Source: Candidatus Heimdallarchaeota archaeon
Lineage (GTDB): Archaea; Asgardarchaeota; Heimdallarchaeia; Hodarchaeales; Hodarchaeaceae
NCBI GenBank assembly: GCA_011364965.1
Contig: RDOB01000002.1
Coordinates: forward strand, 1-64,000
DNA: 64,000 nucleotides
Direction of reading: 5' to 3'
In this document: piece after piece, positions 30,483-40,263 of the stretch
How the letters are laid out: each line of letters starts with the position of its first letter
Numbering within the stretch: position 1 is the stretch's first letter
The notes under the pieces: model-generated
What the model was told of the DNA's origin: nothing
The model's database searches: none
Seen by the model: only the letters and a program-made list of their open reading frames with translations
Position numbers and translations under genes: made by a program

Positions 30483-31877
30483 GTGAATTTCATGTATGGA
30501 GAACCTTCAACTTTTTTCTCTCGTATCGCAGAGAAAAGTAATCTCAAGGAAGGAGACAGAGGAGTTTATCGCGTAATTTTGGAATTGTATCGTAGAAGAA
30601 ACAAGAAGATCAGTAATAAACTATTAGCTCGCTATACATGTATTCCAGTTCCAGTTTTATCAGCTGTGCGTGGAGAATTGTTGAAAGCAGGTTTCATGAA
30701 GACCAAAAGTCTTTTTTCTGAAACAGGTTTGGATTGGATACAATCTGAATTAATGTTAAAATTTAATATCGATTTTTTTGAGCAATTTATTCCTAGTTCT
30801 TCCATGGAAATTGCGACCTCATATTTGGAATTTTTTTCACCAGTGATTGATTTTCTTAAACGAAGGCCTCCCCCTGAATATAAGTATGACCAATCTAGGA
30901 GTCTTCCTGAGACAGTAATAAAAAGAAGTCTTGTAATGCTCAAAAATGGGGATGTAGAAGGTAAGAAAATAGTACTTCTGGGTGATGATGACGGAGTTTC
31001 CCTTGCACTCGCTTATCTTGAGTGTGCCAAAGAGATATTGGTAATTGATATTGATATTCGAATATTAGATTTCATTGAATCGTTTGCTTCGGAGTTTGAT
31101 CGGAAAAAAATATTAAAAACCCAATTATGGGATATTAGAAGTAATTTTCCACAAAAATGGATGAATAGATTTGATGTATTCGAAACTGATCCACCTTACA
31201 CAGTCTCTGGTTTTAAACTCTTTATAGATCGAGCTCATTCACTCCTGAAGATACCTGGCTACGGTAGAGGATATATATCTTTTAGTTCAAAATCTCCTCA
31301 GGAATCTTGGGTTTGTCAACAACATTTACTTAGCACAGGATTTTCCATAGAACAATTCATTTCTGATTTTAATTACTATATGGGTGCTACAATTCTTGGT
31401 AATTCATCCAATCTATACATTATAAATTCTAATCCGATCAAAATGCTCAGAAAAGAAAGAAAGTCTGAAATTAATGCTATATACACCTTTGATGAAACCA
31501 AAGTTAAAGAATTGCCTACTATAGGATATCAGATCATAGCTGAATTTTATGGCGTTGACTCAAAACTATTAAAAGATGCAGAAAGATTGAGAAAATACCT
31601 TGAAGCGGGTATAGCAGAGAGTGATCTACATCTAGAGGAAATTTTTGTAAAAAAGTACTCACCATATGGTTTGTCAATAGTAGCTATACTTGCAGAAAGC
31701 CATTGCCACCTCCATACTTGGCCTGAGCATTCTTATCTCTCACTTGATATTTTTGTATGTGAAGCAGAAAATAAGGCCGAAAACCTTTTTCGGTATTTAC
31801 TTCATATAATAAATCCAATCGATTTTCATAAATTTCAATTTTATCGTGGGAAACCTTCAATTAAGTCCGAAGAATGA
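30483..31877 (+). CDS. Fusion: BpsA-like branched-chain polyamine synthase + S-adenosylmethionine decarboxylase proenzyme
   Basis: DQ, GDVEGKKIVLLGDDD, DID, FETDPPYT (BpsA); C-terminal AESHCHLHTWPE..DIFVC (SpeD/SpeH). Confidence 0.85.
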   Translation: MNFMYGEPSTFFSRIAEKSNLKEGDRGVYRVILELYRRRNKKISNKLLARYTCIPVPVLSAVRGELLKAGFMKTKSLFSETGLDWIQSELMLKFNIDFFEQFIPSSSMEIATSYLEFFSPVIDFLKRRPPPEYKYDQSRSLPETVIKRSLVMLKNGDVEGKKIVLLGDDDGVSLALAYLECAKEILVIDIDIRILDFIESFASEFDRKKILKTQLWDIRSNFPQKWMNRFDVFETDPPYTVSGFKLFIDRAHSLLKIPGYGRGYISFSSKSPQESWVCQQHLLSTGFSIEQFISDFNYYMGATILGNSSNLYIINSNPIKMLRKERKSEINAIYTFDETKVKELPTIGYQIIAEFYGVDSKLLKDAERLRKYLEAGIAESDLHLEEIFVKKYSPYGLSIVAILAESHCHLHTWPEHSYLSLDIFVCEAENKAENLFRYLLHIINPIDFHKFQFYRGKPSIKSEE

Positions 31878-31883
31878 TATGGT

Positions 31884-32558
31884 GTGAGAATGGAAACAGA
31901 AAACAGTGGTACTAAAGATGAAATGGGTTTCTTCAATGAATTAGGTCGTAAAGCGGTTCACCTGTCGGTCTTTATAATCCCGATTGCTTATCATTGGCTT
32001 CAAATTGAATTATGGTTTATCCAACTAGCTTTATTTTTAGTTATCTGTATTTGGTTTCTTCCTATGGAATTTTATAGATTAAAGATTAATCCAAATACAT
32101 GGGTTAATTATATTACACGAGATACGGAGCATGAAGGTCCTGCAAATTATATTTTAACATCATTCATATGGCTAATGATATTACTAGGTGTAAATTTTTC
32201 CTTATATTCAATGGAAATTGCTGAACTAGCGTTGGTAGCTACTGTGATTGGGGATTCATTAGCAGCTTTAATAGGAAAAGGTATGGGTAAAATAAATCTC
32301 CCTCTGACTGAGAAAAAAACAATTGAGGGCTTTGTTGCTGGATTAGTTGGCACTTATTTAGTTGGATTGTTTTTTCTTTTCGCTATTAATTATCCTTATC
32401 CATCTGAAATCATTTTCCTTCCCATTCTTCCAACAATCGCGTGGGGAATCTTTGATTTTTCTGAAGATCTTCCATGGTATTTTGCTGATAATATATTTCA
32501 TCCAACCATAACTTTAATTCTTTCGTTTATCCTTAAAATACTGAATATAATCTCCTAG
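31884..32558 (+). CDS. CTP-dependent polyprenol/dolichol/phytol kinase family membrane protein
   Basis: RKAVH, GDSLAALIGK, KKTIEG. Confidence 0.8.
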   Translation: MRMETENSGTKDEMGFFNELGRKAVHLSVFIIPIAYHWLQIELWFIQLALFLVICIWFLPMEFYRLKINPNTWVNYITRDTEHEGPANYILTSFIWLMILLGVNFSLYSMEIAELALVATVIGDSLAALIGKGMGKINLPLTEKKTIEGFVAGLVGTYLVGLFFLFAINYPYPSEIIFLPILPTIAWGIFDFSEDLPWYFADNIFHPTITLILSFILKILNIIS

Positions 32559-32561
32559 GTT

Positions 32562-33266
32562 TTATTTTTTTATTGGAACCATTTTATTTGAAGCACAGAC
32601 CTCGCAACCTTTAATATTAAAGCAGTCTCGGCAGTAAGGGGTATTACAACCAAGATTCCCACATCTCACTTCCGCTAACTTATCACAAACATAACATTTA
32701 GTTTTCAACCCTAATATGTCATAAGTACTGCGAAATCGTTGCACACGAAAGAAAATAATAACTCCAATAATGAATAAAACCAATATTAATAAAGGCATGA
32801 AAAAGGGGAGATCAAATATTGTGAACGGTGGATTTGATGCATCTTTTAATATTTCTAATAATCTGATTTGATAAAATAATTCTTCACCATAAAATACATC
32901 AGTTGTGTTTGTAAAACCTTTCTCTGGAGGAACTACGACGTTATCCTCATCTTCCGCTTTCATTCCTACCAGAGCTTCCATAAATCCTATGTTTGGAGGA
33001 ACTTTGATATCTGGAAACTCCTCTACTATTTTCCCTGGAACTGGTTCCGATGGGTCATTAACGTACACTGTTCCTTCCTGATCATCCTGTCTTACATTAT
33101 TTACCCATAAAGTATAATTTACAACAACAACATCCTGTAATTCTACAACAGTATTAGGAGTGACTTCGAGAGCATAACTCAGCTGCAAAGGACTGTACAA
33201 AATTACAAATAGAGATAATGACAACATAAACCACAGAAATAAGCCAGAATTAGTCTTTAAAGCCAT
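32562..33266 (-). CDS. Membrane protein: signal peptide, FKBP-like domain, TM helix, Cys8 zinc finger
   Basis: DVVVVNYT, GFMEALVGMK, VVVPPEKGF, GEELFYQI; tail CYVC..C..GC..YCRDC..CEVC. Confidence 0.7.
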   Translation of the reverse strand: MALKTNSGLFLWFMLSLSLFVILYSPLQLSYALEVTPNTVVELQDVVVVNYTLWVNNVRQDDQEGTVYVNDPSEPVPGKIVEEFPDIKVPPNIGFMEALVGMKAEDEDNVVVPPEKGFTNTTDVFYGEELFYQIRLLEILKDASNPPFTIFDLPFFMPLLILVLFIIGVIIFFRVQRFRSTYDILGLKTKCYVCDKLAEVRCGNLGCNTPYCRDCFNIKGCEVCASNKMVPIKK

Positions 33267-33389
33267 TTAATATCAACAGTAATGCAACTAGAATATTAAT
33301 TATCTTAAGATTTTCCGTTTACCAAAAGATTATCAAAGATTTCAATAATTTAATGCAATTAGGGATTAAATAAATAGTTTTAAGACTAT

Positions 33390-33773
33390 TTGGAGACAAA
33401 AAGAGTGAATAAAGACGCTAAAGTCAAATTCATATTAAAAGGATGGTCCGCTAACAGTACACTTAGTTCCGAAGGGAATGCTCTTATCGCTGAAACTCCA
33501 AGTGATGCGCGCGAGCAGTTATCCCAAGTTAATGACAAGAAAGATTGGATTTTAGTCTGCCCCAGTATAGATTGGTCTTGGTCAGATATTGTCAATGAAG
33601 TTGCAGGAGCTGTAACTGATCACGGAACAAGGGTGAGTAGGGGGTCAGAAGTTTCAGGAATCGTTCAAGTGGCTGCTGTTCTAGGTACTAAGTATGCTAC
33701 TAGTAAAATTCACCCTGGAGATTATATTAAAATACATTGCAAAGGAAATGAAGCATTTGCTAAAGTTTATTAA
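33390..33773 (+). CDS. Stand-alone PEP-utilising swivel (phosphohistidine) domain lacking the His
   Basis: VTDHGTRVSRGSEVS..VLGTKYAT aligns with VTNRGGRTCHAAIVS..IIGTENAT of the PpsA in this window. Confidence 0.65.
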   Translation: METKRVNKDAKVKFILKGWSANSTLSSEGNALIAETPSDAREQLSQVNDKKDWILVCPSIDWSWSDIVNEVAGAVTDHGTRVSRGSEVSGIVQVAAVLGTKYATSKIHPGDYIKIHCKGNEAFAKVY

Positions 33774-33807
33774 GGTTTTGAATATATAGTTGCTAAAATC
33801 AGGATAA

Positions 33808-34437
33808 TTATCCAGATTCATCAGCTTCTCTAGTGTTTTCTGAGGTGGATTGAATTTCTTGTTCCGCAATCTTTAATTTAACGTAACTTTCCCATTCATC
33901 TTGGTTTTCCTTAAATTTCTTTTCCCATTCCGTATTAAGAAGATTGATTTGGTTTTGACACTCTTCTTGGACTTTACTGAGTTTAGCTTGTAGATTTTGC
34001 ACCATATTTGTCATTTGAGCATACTGCTCGAGTGTAGTTTCTTTTTCTTTTTCTAATATCTTTGTTCGATTCTCATATGAACGGATCTGAGCTTGATAAC
34101 CATCCAGTTCTCCTTTATGTTTCTCTACCCATTCTTTTAATTGTACGAATTCTGTTTCTAGTGCTTCTATCCGTTTTTTACTTACATTTCTAACTTGCTT
34201 GGCAATAGAGATTGAATATTGATTAATAACGTCTTGATTGATCCGATAAATTTGTTCAAATAGTTCTTTTAATAATCCCTCTGCTGACATAAGAGTAATA
34301 CTATTTCTAGCAGAATATTTCCGACCTAAATCCCTGATAAATTCTTCTTGAGTGTCATTCATTTTTTGTTTAGATTCTGTGATAAGAGAATCGAATAGCT
34401 TCATAATATATTGTCCTAAATCTGAGTACTCAGACAT
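33808..34437 (-). CDS. Coiled-coil hypothetical protein
   Basis: E/Q/K-rich heptad pattern over most of its length. Confidence 0.7.
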   Translation of the reverse strand: MSEYSDLGQYIMKLFDSLITESKQKMNDTQEEFIRDLGRKYSARNSITLMSAEGLLKELFEQIYRINQDVINQYSISIAKQVRNVSKKRIEALETEFVQLKEWVEKHKGELDGYQAQIRSYENRTKILEKEKETTLEQYAQMTNMVQNLQAKLSKVQEECQNQINLLNTEWEKKFKENQDEWESYVKLKIAEQEIQSTSENTREADESG

Positions 34438-34779
34438 GGGGAAGTGTCACCTATGCAAAAAGCGTATATCCAACGCAAACTAATAAATAATACTGAAACT
34501 AGAAATAAGATTGTTTCTAGATATAATAAATCCATATCTTTAATCAGAATTATAACTCTGTCTAATCTCAATGTCTATGTGAAGATTGCTGAAGCTTTTA
34601 AGAAGATCATTACCCTTATTGAAATTGTGTTTATTATAGGTGACAAATACTTACAATGATATTATTAAATAATGTATATCAATATGTCAATATAAATATG
34701 AATAAGCAAACATTTAAACATAGCAATTGATTAATCGTGTTAGTCAAATTCTAATTGAGATGATGAAGAGGTAGGAATA

Positions 34780-35148
34780 ATGAGTTATCAAGATACTATG
34801 AATTCCTTAATTCAGAATGGTTACATATCAATCGTGACCATATTGGATCCTAATGGTGGCGTTTACTGGACAAATCAGCCTGAATGGCAATTTGATGGTG
34901 CGTCAGTTCTTCAAGCTTGGCAGAATCGTGAACCCGGAGTTAATATCGCAGGAACCCGTTTTTCAACGATGGTAAATGATTGGGATGGTGGTAACTACGT
35001 TGCGCGCAATGTCGGTGGAGCTGGAATTGTTGTGATTGTACGTGCGCCTAATAATTACTATTTCTTAACGTGGACACCTGGAGATGTACAAATACCATCA
35101 ACTAATATCCATGCTGAAGTAGCCAAAATGGCTTCATTATTCAAATAG
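34780..35148 (+). CDS. Asgard profilin
   Basis: 122 aa; MSYQ start, ILDPNGGVYW, GVNIAGTRF, C-terminal helix; GAGGT RBS. Confidence 0.8.
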   Translation: MSYQDTMNSLIQNGYISIVTILDPNGGVYWTNQPEWQFDGASVLQAWQNREPGVNIAGTRFSTMVNDWDGGNYVARNVGGAGIVVIVRAPNNYYFLTWTPGDVQIPSTNIHAEVAKMASLFK

Positions 35149-35335
35149 AGTAAATCTAAATTTTATGTAGGTTTCTCCCCACATTAATTCATTTTATTTA
35201 AGGGAGTTTTTCTAAATATGATACTAAGGGAGCTCATATTTTCTAGTCTATGATAAACAAGATTTAACCATAAATCACTTGTACGATTAGAATCAGGGAG
35301 AAAATAATACATCCGATCGTTATGAGAAATTATAT

Positions 35336-38197
35336 ATGTCTCGTTTCAACACTAAAACTTTGAGTCAGATTATCAAAACATACAGTAACACTAGAGATTT
35401 CTTAGTAAACAAAGAATCAAATATTTCTGATATAAAGATGAAAGTGCAATGTATTGACTTTTTTATGTCAGTAATTTTTTTGATTTGGAGTATGGAAAAA
35501 AACGGAGTTATAAAGAAATTATTTCTTATGTCACAATTAGAAGAATATGATCCAAATCAAAATTTAATGTCTTTTTCCTGTTTTCTTATAGATTCTATTG
35601 AGAAGCTCTTTTTAATAGCAGATTCATCTAATTATTTTACCAAAGAGGAATTTAATATTCTTAAACAAGCAGATCTTCCATTAAGTTGTTTTTATATATC
35701 CAAATCAAAGAAAACAGATGGGATTTTGTCTCAAAATATAGAAATTAATAATATTGAGGCTCTTCCTTTATTTAACCTTTTGGAGTATTTAGATTCATCA
35801 TTTGGAGCGGTCAATGAATATATTTTGGGAAAAATATTCGAATTCTTGTTATCTAAACAAGATCTGAGGAAAAAATTTGGTATCTACTATACGCCTAAGC
35901 AATTTACGGATTATATGTCAAAATTAACGATTGAAAACTATTTTATAGACCAATTAAATATCAAATTTGATATTAAATTAATAAATTTATCTAATTTCTA
36001 TGAGAAATTAGATCTAGATGTGGCAAATTGGGCAATTCATATATTGAAGACATTAAAAATCTTAGATCTGGCGTTAGGAACTGGTCAGTTCCTCATAAGT
36101 GCTATATACCAGCTTTTAGAGATCCATGAGCACGTCAGGAACTTTTACAGAGACAAAGGCTTAATTGAGGTTTTAATACAAGAACTCGAGCTTCAAAATG
36201 ATACCTTCGTTCTTGAAAATTTCCGAAATATCGAAGATGATAACTTTTTTAAGTGTTTAGTGATTAATAAGCTAATAATCCCTCGCAATTTGTATGGAGT
36301 AGACATTAATTTTATAGCTGTACAAATTGCAAAGATTAGATGCTTAATGATAATGGTAAAATTCTTTTCTTCTTCCAAAATGAGAGTTTCACTACTTGCA
36401 AAGATGAATCACAATTTAAAGCAAGGGAATGCATTATTAGGATATCTAGCTTGTCCCAATGATCGTGAAGTATCATATACTTCCTTAAATCAACTGAATT
36501 TAGATTATATAAGCCAATTTGGTATTGAAAGTATTTCGGAAAATGATTTCCCCTTATTTCACTGGTTTTACGAATTTAAGGATGTATTCATTCAAAATAG
36601 TAAATTTCAAGTGATTCTTACCAATCCTCCTTATATAGGAGAGAGTGGGAATAAAAAATTATTTCGTTTACATGCTAAGGCATTATCTGAATACTATGAA
36701 GGGAAAGCAGATCTTTGGTATTATTTCCTGCATAGAAGTATTAATTTATTGTCAGAAAATGGATATTGCACTTTTATTGCTCCTAATTACTGGATTACAG
36801 CGTCGGGAGCATCGTTATTAAGATCTAGGTTAAGTTCTGAGACAACTTTTGTTCGTTATATTAATTTTAATCAAAATTCTGTCTTTAATTCAGCACAGGG
36901 GGTTCATATTAATATTCTAACCGTTAAGAAAGGCATTAACCCTGAACAAAACTTTGAATGCACGGTTTTTAATGATGTTGTAGAAACTAAGGAATTGATT
37001 AAATCTCTCCCTGATCAACAAACATTCATACTTAAGCAGAATGAGTTACTTTTTAATGGATGGGATCCATATTTTCATTTTATCCCTAGAAAATACAGAA
37101 TTATCCTCGAATTTATTATTTCCAAATCTTATAAATTGAAGAATAAAGGATTCTACGTTAAAGAGGGTATTATTACAGGTATGAATACAATTTCGGGAAG
37201 ACAAATATCCCGCTATAATTTATCCCCCGATAAAAAGGGCATTGGAGTGTTTATATTAGATGTAAATCATCCTGAAGATGAAAAGTATATTCAATCTTTG
37301 TCAGAAATAGAAAAATCGATATTGAAACCATTTTATAAAAATTCGGATATAAAAAGATATTATTCAGCATTCAATACTTCAAGAAAGATTCAGTATCTTA
37401 ACAGAAATACCATAAACATAGTCCATTTACCTAGAGTACGTTATTTTCTTGAACAGTTTAAAGAAATCCTCAATGATTCTCTAGATAATCCCCCCTATTT
37501 AAATCGACCCCGAGATCCATTTATGTTTGTATCTCCCAAGATTATTACTCCCCAAAGAAGTAATCTTAATAGATTTGCTTATAATTCTTTAGATTGGTTT
37601 GCTGGACAGGATGTATATTATATTTTAAATGAAAAAAATGATAAAAATGAACTTAAAACTTTACTACTTATTTTAAATTCCAAACTGGCATATTACTGGT
37701 TTTATTGGATGGGAAAAAGAAAAGGGAAACAACTCGAATTATTCAGTGAACCATTGGGATATTTCCCGATTCCTGATTTGAAAGGTAATGATCTCCATAT
37801 ATTGGCTGATTATCTCTTATTTCTCAATTTACTGCATAATGAATCTGAGTCAGCTCGGATTACTAAATTATTAGCTTTTTTTAACAGGTTAGCGGAGCTG
37901 GCTGTTTTCGAGTTCTATTTTTCAGAATTATGTTATAAAAAGGGATTCAGTGAAACAAAGTATCCATTTTCATTCTATATTCAAGAAAATTTAAAAGAAT
38001 TAAATTTTGATGTTATTCTGGAAAATTTCAAAGAGAACTATGATTCAAATAGGAATTTTATTATTCTCTCAGATCAGATTGAAGTGATAGAAGAAGCTTA
38101 CTATAGTTTAAAGACTAATGAAGATATAAAATCCTCCATAAATAAAATTAATACTTTTCCAATGGTAAAAACAATTGCTAAATTTTCGAGCCTCTAA
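35336..38197 (+). CDS. Eco57I/TaqI-like gamma-class N6-adenine DNA methyltransferase with C-terminal specificity domain
   Basis: GIYYTP, ILDLALGTGQF, YGVDIN, GNAL, NPPY, ILNSKL; no recognisable nuclease motif. Confidence 0.88.
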   Translation: MSRFNTKTLSQIIKTYSNTRDFLVNKESNISDIKMKVQCIDFFMSVIFLIWSMEKNGVIKKLFLMSQLEEYDPNQNLMSFSCFLIDSIEKLFLIADSSNYFTKEEFNILKQADLPLSCFYISKSKKTDGILSQNIEINNIEALPLFNLLEYLDSSFGAVNEYILGKIFEFLLSKQDLRKKFGIYYTPKQFTDYMSKLTIENYFIDQLNIKFDIKLINLSNFYEKLDLDVANWAIHILKTLKILDLALGTGQFLISAIYQLLEIHEHVRNFYRDKGLIEVLIQELELQNDTFVLENFRNIEDDNFFKCLVINKLIIPRNLYGVDINFIAVQIAKIRCLMIMVKFFSSSKMRVSLLAKMNHNLKQGNALLGYLACPNDREVSYTSLNQLNLDYISQFGIESISENDFPLFHWFYEFKDVFIQNSKFQVILTNPPYIGESGNKKLFRLHAKALSEYYEGKADLWYYFLHRSINLLSENGYCTFIAPNYWITASGASLLRSRLSSETTFVRYINFNQNSVFNSAQGVHINILTVKKGINPEQNFECTVFNDVVETKELIKSLPDQQTFILKQNELLFNGWDPYFHFIPRKYRIILEFIISKSYKLKNKGFYVKEGIITGMNTISGRQISRYNLSPDKKGIGVFILDVNHPEDEKYIQSLSEIEKSILKPFYKNSDIKRYYSAFNTSRKIQYLNRNTINIVHLPRVRYFLEQFKEILNDSLDNPPYLNRPRDPFMFVSPKIITPQRSNLNRFAYNSLDWFAGQDVYYILNEKNDKNELKTLLLILNSKLAYYWFYWMGKRKGKQLELFSEPLGYFPIPDLKGNDLHILADYLLFLNLLHNESESARITKLLAFFNRLAELAVFEFYFSELCYKKGFSETKYPFSFYIQENLKELNFDVILENFKENYDSNRNFIILSDQIEVIEEAYYSLKTNEDIKSSINKINTFPMVKTIAKFSSL

Positions 38198-38961
38198 ACA
38201 TCTCTCTTTCCTCCTTTAAGCTGTGAAATATGATCAACTACAGATGTCAAAAATTCTCCAGCTTTCGCTTCTATACGGATATCTGCTAGCATATCTAGAT
38301 CCGTTGGGCCGGAATTAACAATAATAAAAAGTGCACCTGATCTTTGTGCAATAACAGGTATTTCTGCTGCAGGAAAAACACTCAAAGTTGACCCGATTGC
38401 AAGAATAACATCACTTCTAATTGCATGGCTTCTCGCAAGTTCCATTTCTCTTTCAGGCATGGGATCATTGAAGTTGACAACTGAAGAAATTATTCTACCT
38501 GAACAGTACGGACATTTTGGTTGATTCCCCTTTATTTTTTCAGTTCGATACCCTTTCCCATGTTCTTGATCATCCCACCCAATCTCTCCCTTTTGAAGTC
38601 GTTCATCACAATCCATACATTTCATAAGTTCAAAATTACCATGCAATTCAGCTAAAAGTTCTTGCGGGATTCCTGACTTTAAATGGAGATTATCAACATT
38701 TTGGGATATGAGATATTTTAGAATACCCATTTTGTAAAGATCCACGATTGCAAAATGAGCTGTATTTGGTTCGATTAGTTCCATAGGTTGTTTTAGAGGT
38801 TTAGGTTTCAGCCCTTTCTCACGTAATGTCCATACACCTTCTGGTCCTCTATAATCTGGCAATCCTGATTCAGTTGATATGCCAGCTCCCGTAAAGATTA
38901 CAAGATAACTAGAAGAGTTTAAAATTTTAGCAATTTTCTGGATTTCTAAATTCAAATTCAT
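38194..38961 (-). CDS. Sir2-family NAD-dependent deacylase
   Basis: GAGISTESGLPDYRG, SQNVDNLH, HGN, CxxC..CxxC, GSTLSVFPA. Confidence 0.93.
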   Translation of the reverse strand: MNLNLEIQKIAKILNSSSYLVIFTGAGISTESGLPDYRGPEGVWTLREKGLKPKPLKQPMELIEPNTAHFAIVDLYKMGILKYLISQNVDNLHLKSGIPQELLAELHGNFELMKCMDCDERLQKGEIGWDDQEHGKGYRTEKIKGNQPKCPYCSGRIISSVVNFNDPMPEREMELARSHAIRSDVILAIGSTLSVFPAAEIPVIAQRSGALFIIVNSGPTDLDMLADIRIEAKAGEFLTSVVDHISQLKGGKRDV

Positions 38962-39076
38962 ATAGGAACCGCCTATAATAAAATAAAAGTTAAATAAGAT
39001 AGGAAATGGGTTATATGAGAGAATTATTTAGGAATTTAAGGATATTCTTAATACCTTTGTTACTTAATAGAATTTT

Positions 39077-39373
39077 TTAACGCGTTATAAAACGATCCTT
39101 TATCATTGGGTTGATTATCCAATAGCACCTCCGAGCATCATATAAATCATGTATTTTTATGACAAGATCCTCAGCTTTTAATTTCTTAAGGGCATATCTT
39201 ACAGTTCGGGGAGAATAATTAGAGATATTGGCGATCTGTTTAGACGAGGAAAAGTTATTTGACTCTAATTCTTTTCTGTGAAGAATAGAGTAGATTTCAA
39301 TTGAAGAAGGAGGTAAGCTCATTAATTTCGGAACTATTGTAAGATCAATGCTTTTCATCCTTGGAATCCTCAT
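39077..39373 (-). CDS. Winged-helix transcriptional regulator
   Basis: SKQIA..YSPRTVRYALKKL..DARR. Confidence 0.78.
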   Translation of the reverse strand: MRIPRMKSIDLTIVPKLMSLPPSSIEIYSILHRKELESNNFSSSKQIANISNYSPRTVRYALKKLKAEDLVIKIHDLYDARRCYWIINPMIKDRFITR

Positions 39374-39393
39374 TTTTCCATTTTTATAAAGTG

Positions 39394-39412
39394 ATTCTCA
39401 TTATGTGAGAAT
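39394..39412. promoter_or_regulatory. Inverted repeat operator candidate between two divergent wHTH genes
   Basis: ATTCTCA-ttatg-TGAGAAT, perfect 7-bp arms, next to TATA-like TAATATATAAAA. Confidence 0.45.
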
Positions 39413-39510
39413 GAATCTTATAATATATAAAAGATTATCCATAGAGACGAAAGGTTCGTTTCAGCCGAAAACGATTTATAAGTCAAGAACGCATCTTAAT
39501 GTGAAGATAC

Positions 39511-40263
39511 ATGAAGTTAAATGATACTGATTCTACCGAACAGGAAGTTCGAGATCTTCTCGATTATGAGCCTATTTTACTAAAAATAATTGAAGATGAA
39601 GCAATTCTAGAGGTTATTGAAGATGCTAACCTTTTTCCTATTGCGACTATTCTTAGGAATGGACCTATGACTGTACAAGAGATTGTTGAGAAATATAATC
39701 AACCAAAAAATGAAGGTGAAGCCAAAAGGAAAGCAGAAAATAAAAAATATATAACTATCTTTGGGGTAACAAATAAATCTGATAAAACAATTTATCGTTA
39801 TTTGAGTACACTCGAAGAGATGGGGATAATTGTACATGGAGGACAGAGAATTTCAGAGAAAAGTGTGAATATTAAAACCTCCTCTGATAAAAAAACACGT
39901 GTAGTTACTGAGAAGCTTTACATGCGTTCTGCCCATATTTTTGAAAGAAAAAACATAGAATGGATGTCTAAAAAAGGAGAAGAATGGGCTAATCAGTTTG
40001 GAATATTTATTAGTCGGATGATTGAGGGAGAAAATACTGTTTCTGTTGACTGTATTAAGAAATTTTTTGATAAATGGGATTCAGCAAAAACAAATTCACT
40101 TAAAAAATTAGCTGTGACTGCTCCTGATAATCTTTTGCCTATATCTATTATAACAAAATGGCAAGATATCGTTGAATTTATGGATCGCGTTTATATATTT
40201 GGTACACTTATGGATCAGCCAGAGCTCTTAGATGAACTCCGAGAATGCTTTCAAAAGAAGTAA
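39511..40263 (+). CDS. ArsR-like winged-helix protein
   Basis: LRNGPMTVQEI..KSDKTIYRYLSTLEEMGII..TEKLY. Confidence 0.7.
   Translation: MKLNDTDSTEQEVRDLLDYEPILLKIIEDEAILEVIEDANLFPIATILRNGPMTVQEIVEKYNQPKNEGEAKRKAENKKYITIFGVTNKSDKTIYRYLSTLEEMGIIVHGGQRISEKSVNIKTSSDKKTRVVTEKLYMRSAHIFERKNIEWMSKKGEEWANQFGIFISRMIEGENTVSVDCIKKFFDKWDSAKTNSLKKLAVTAPDNLLPISIITKWQDIVEFMDRVYIFGTLMDQPELLDELRECFQKK

Noticed and set aside
34444-34659. 71-aa ORF upstream of profilin
   Set aside because: AT-rich, no motif, overlaps the expected divergent promoters; probably spurious
38194-38961. Sir2 as an anti-phage NADase effector beside the MTase
   Set aside because: Complete canonical sirtuin with Zn-binding Cys and deacylase motifs, convergent to the MTase; looks housekeeping
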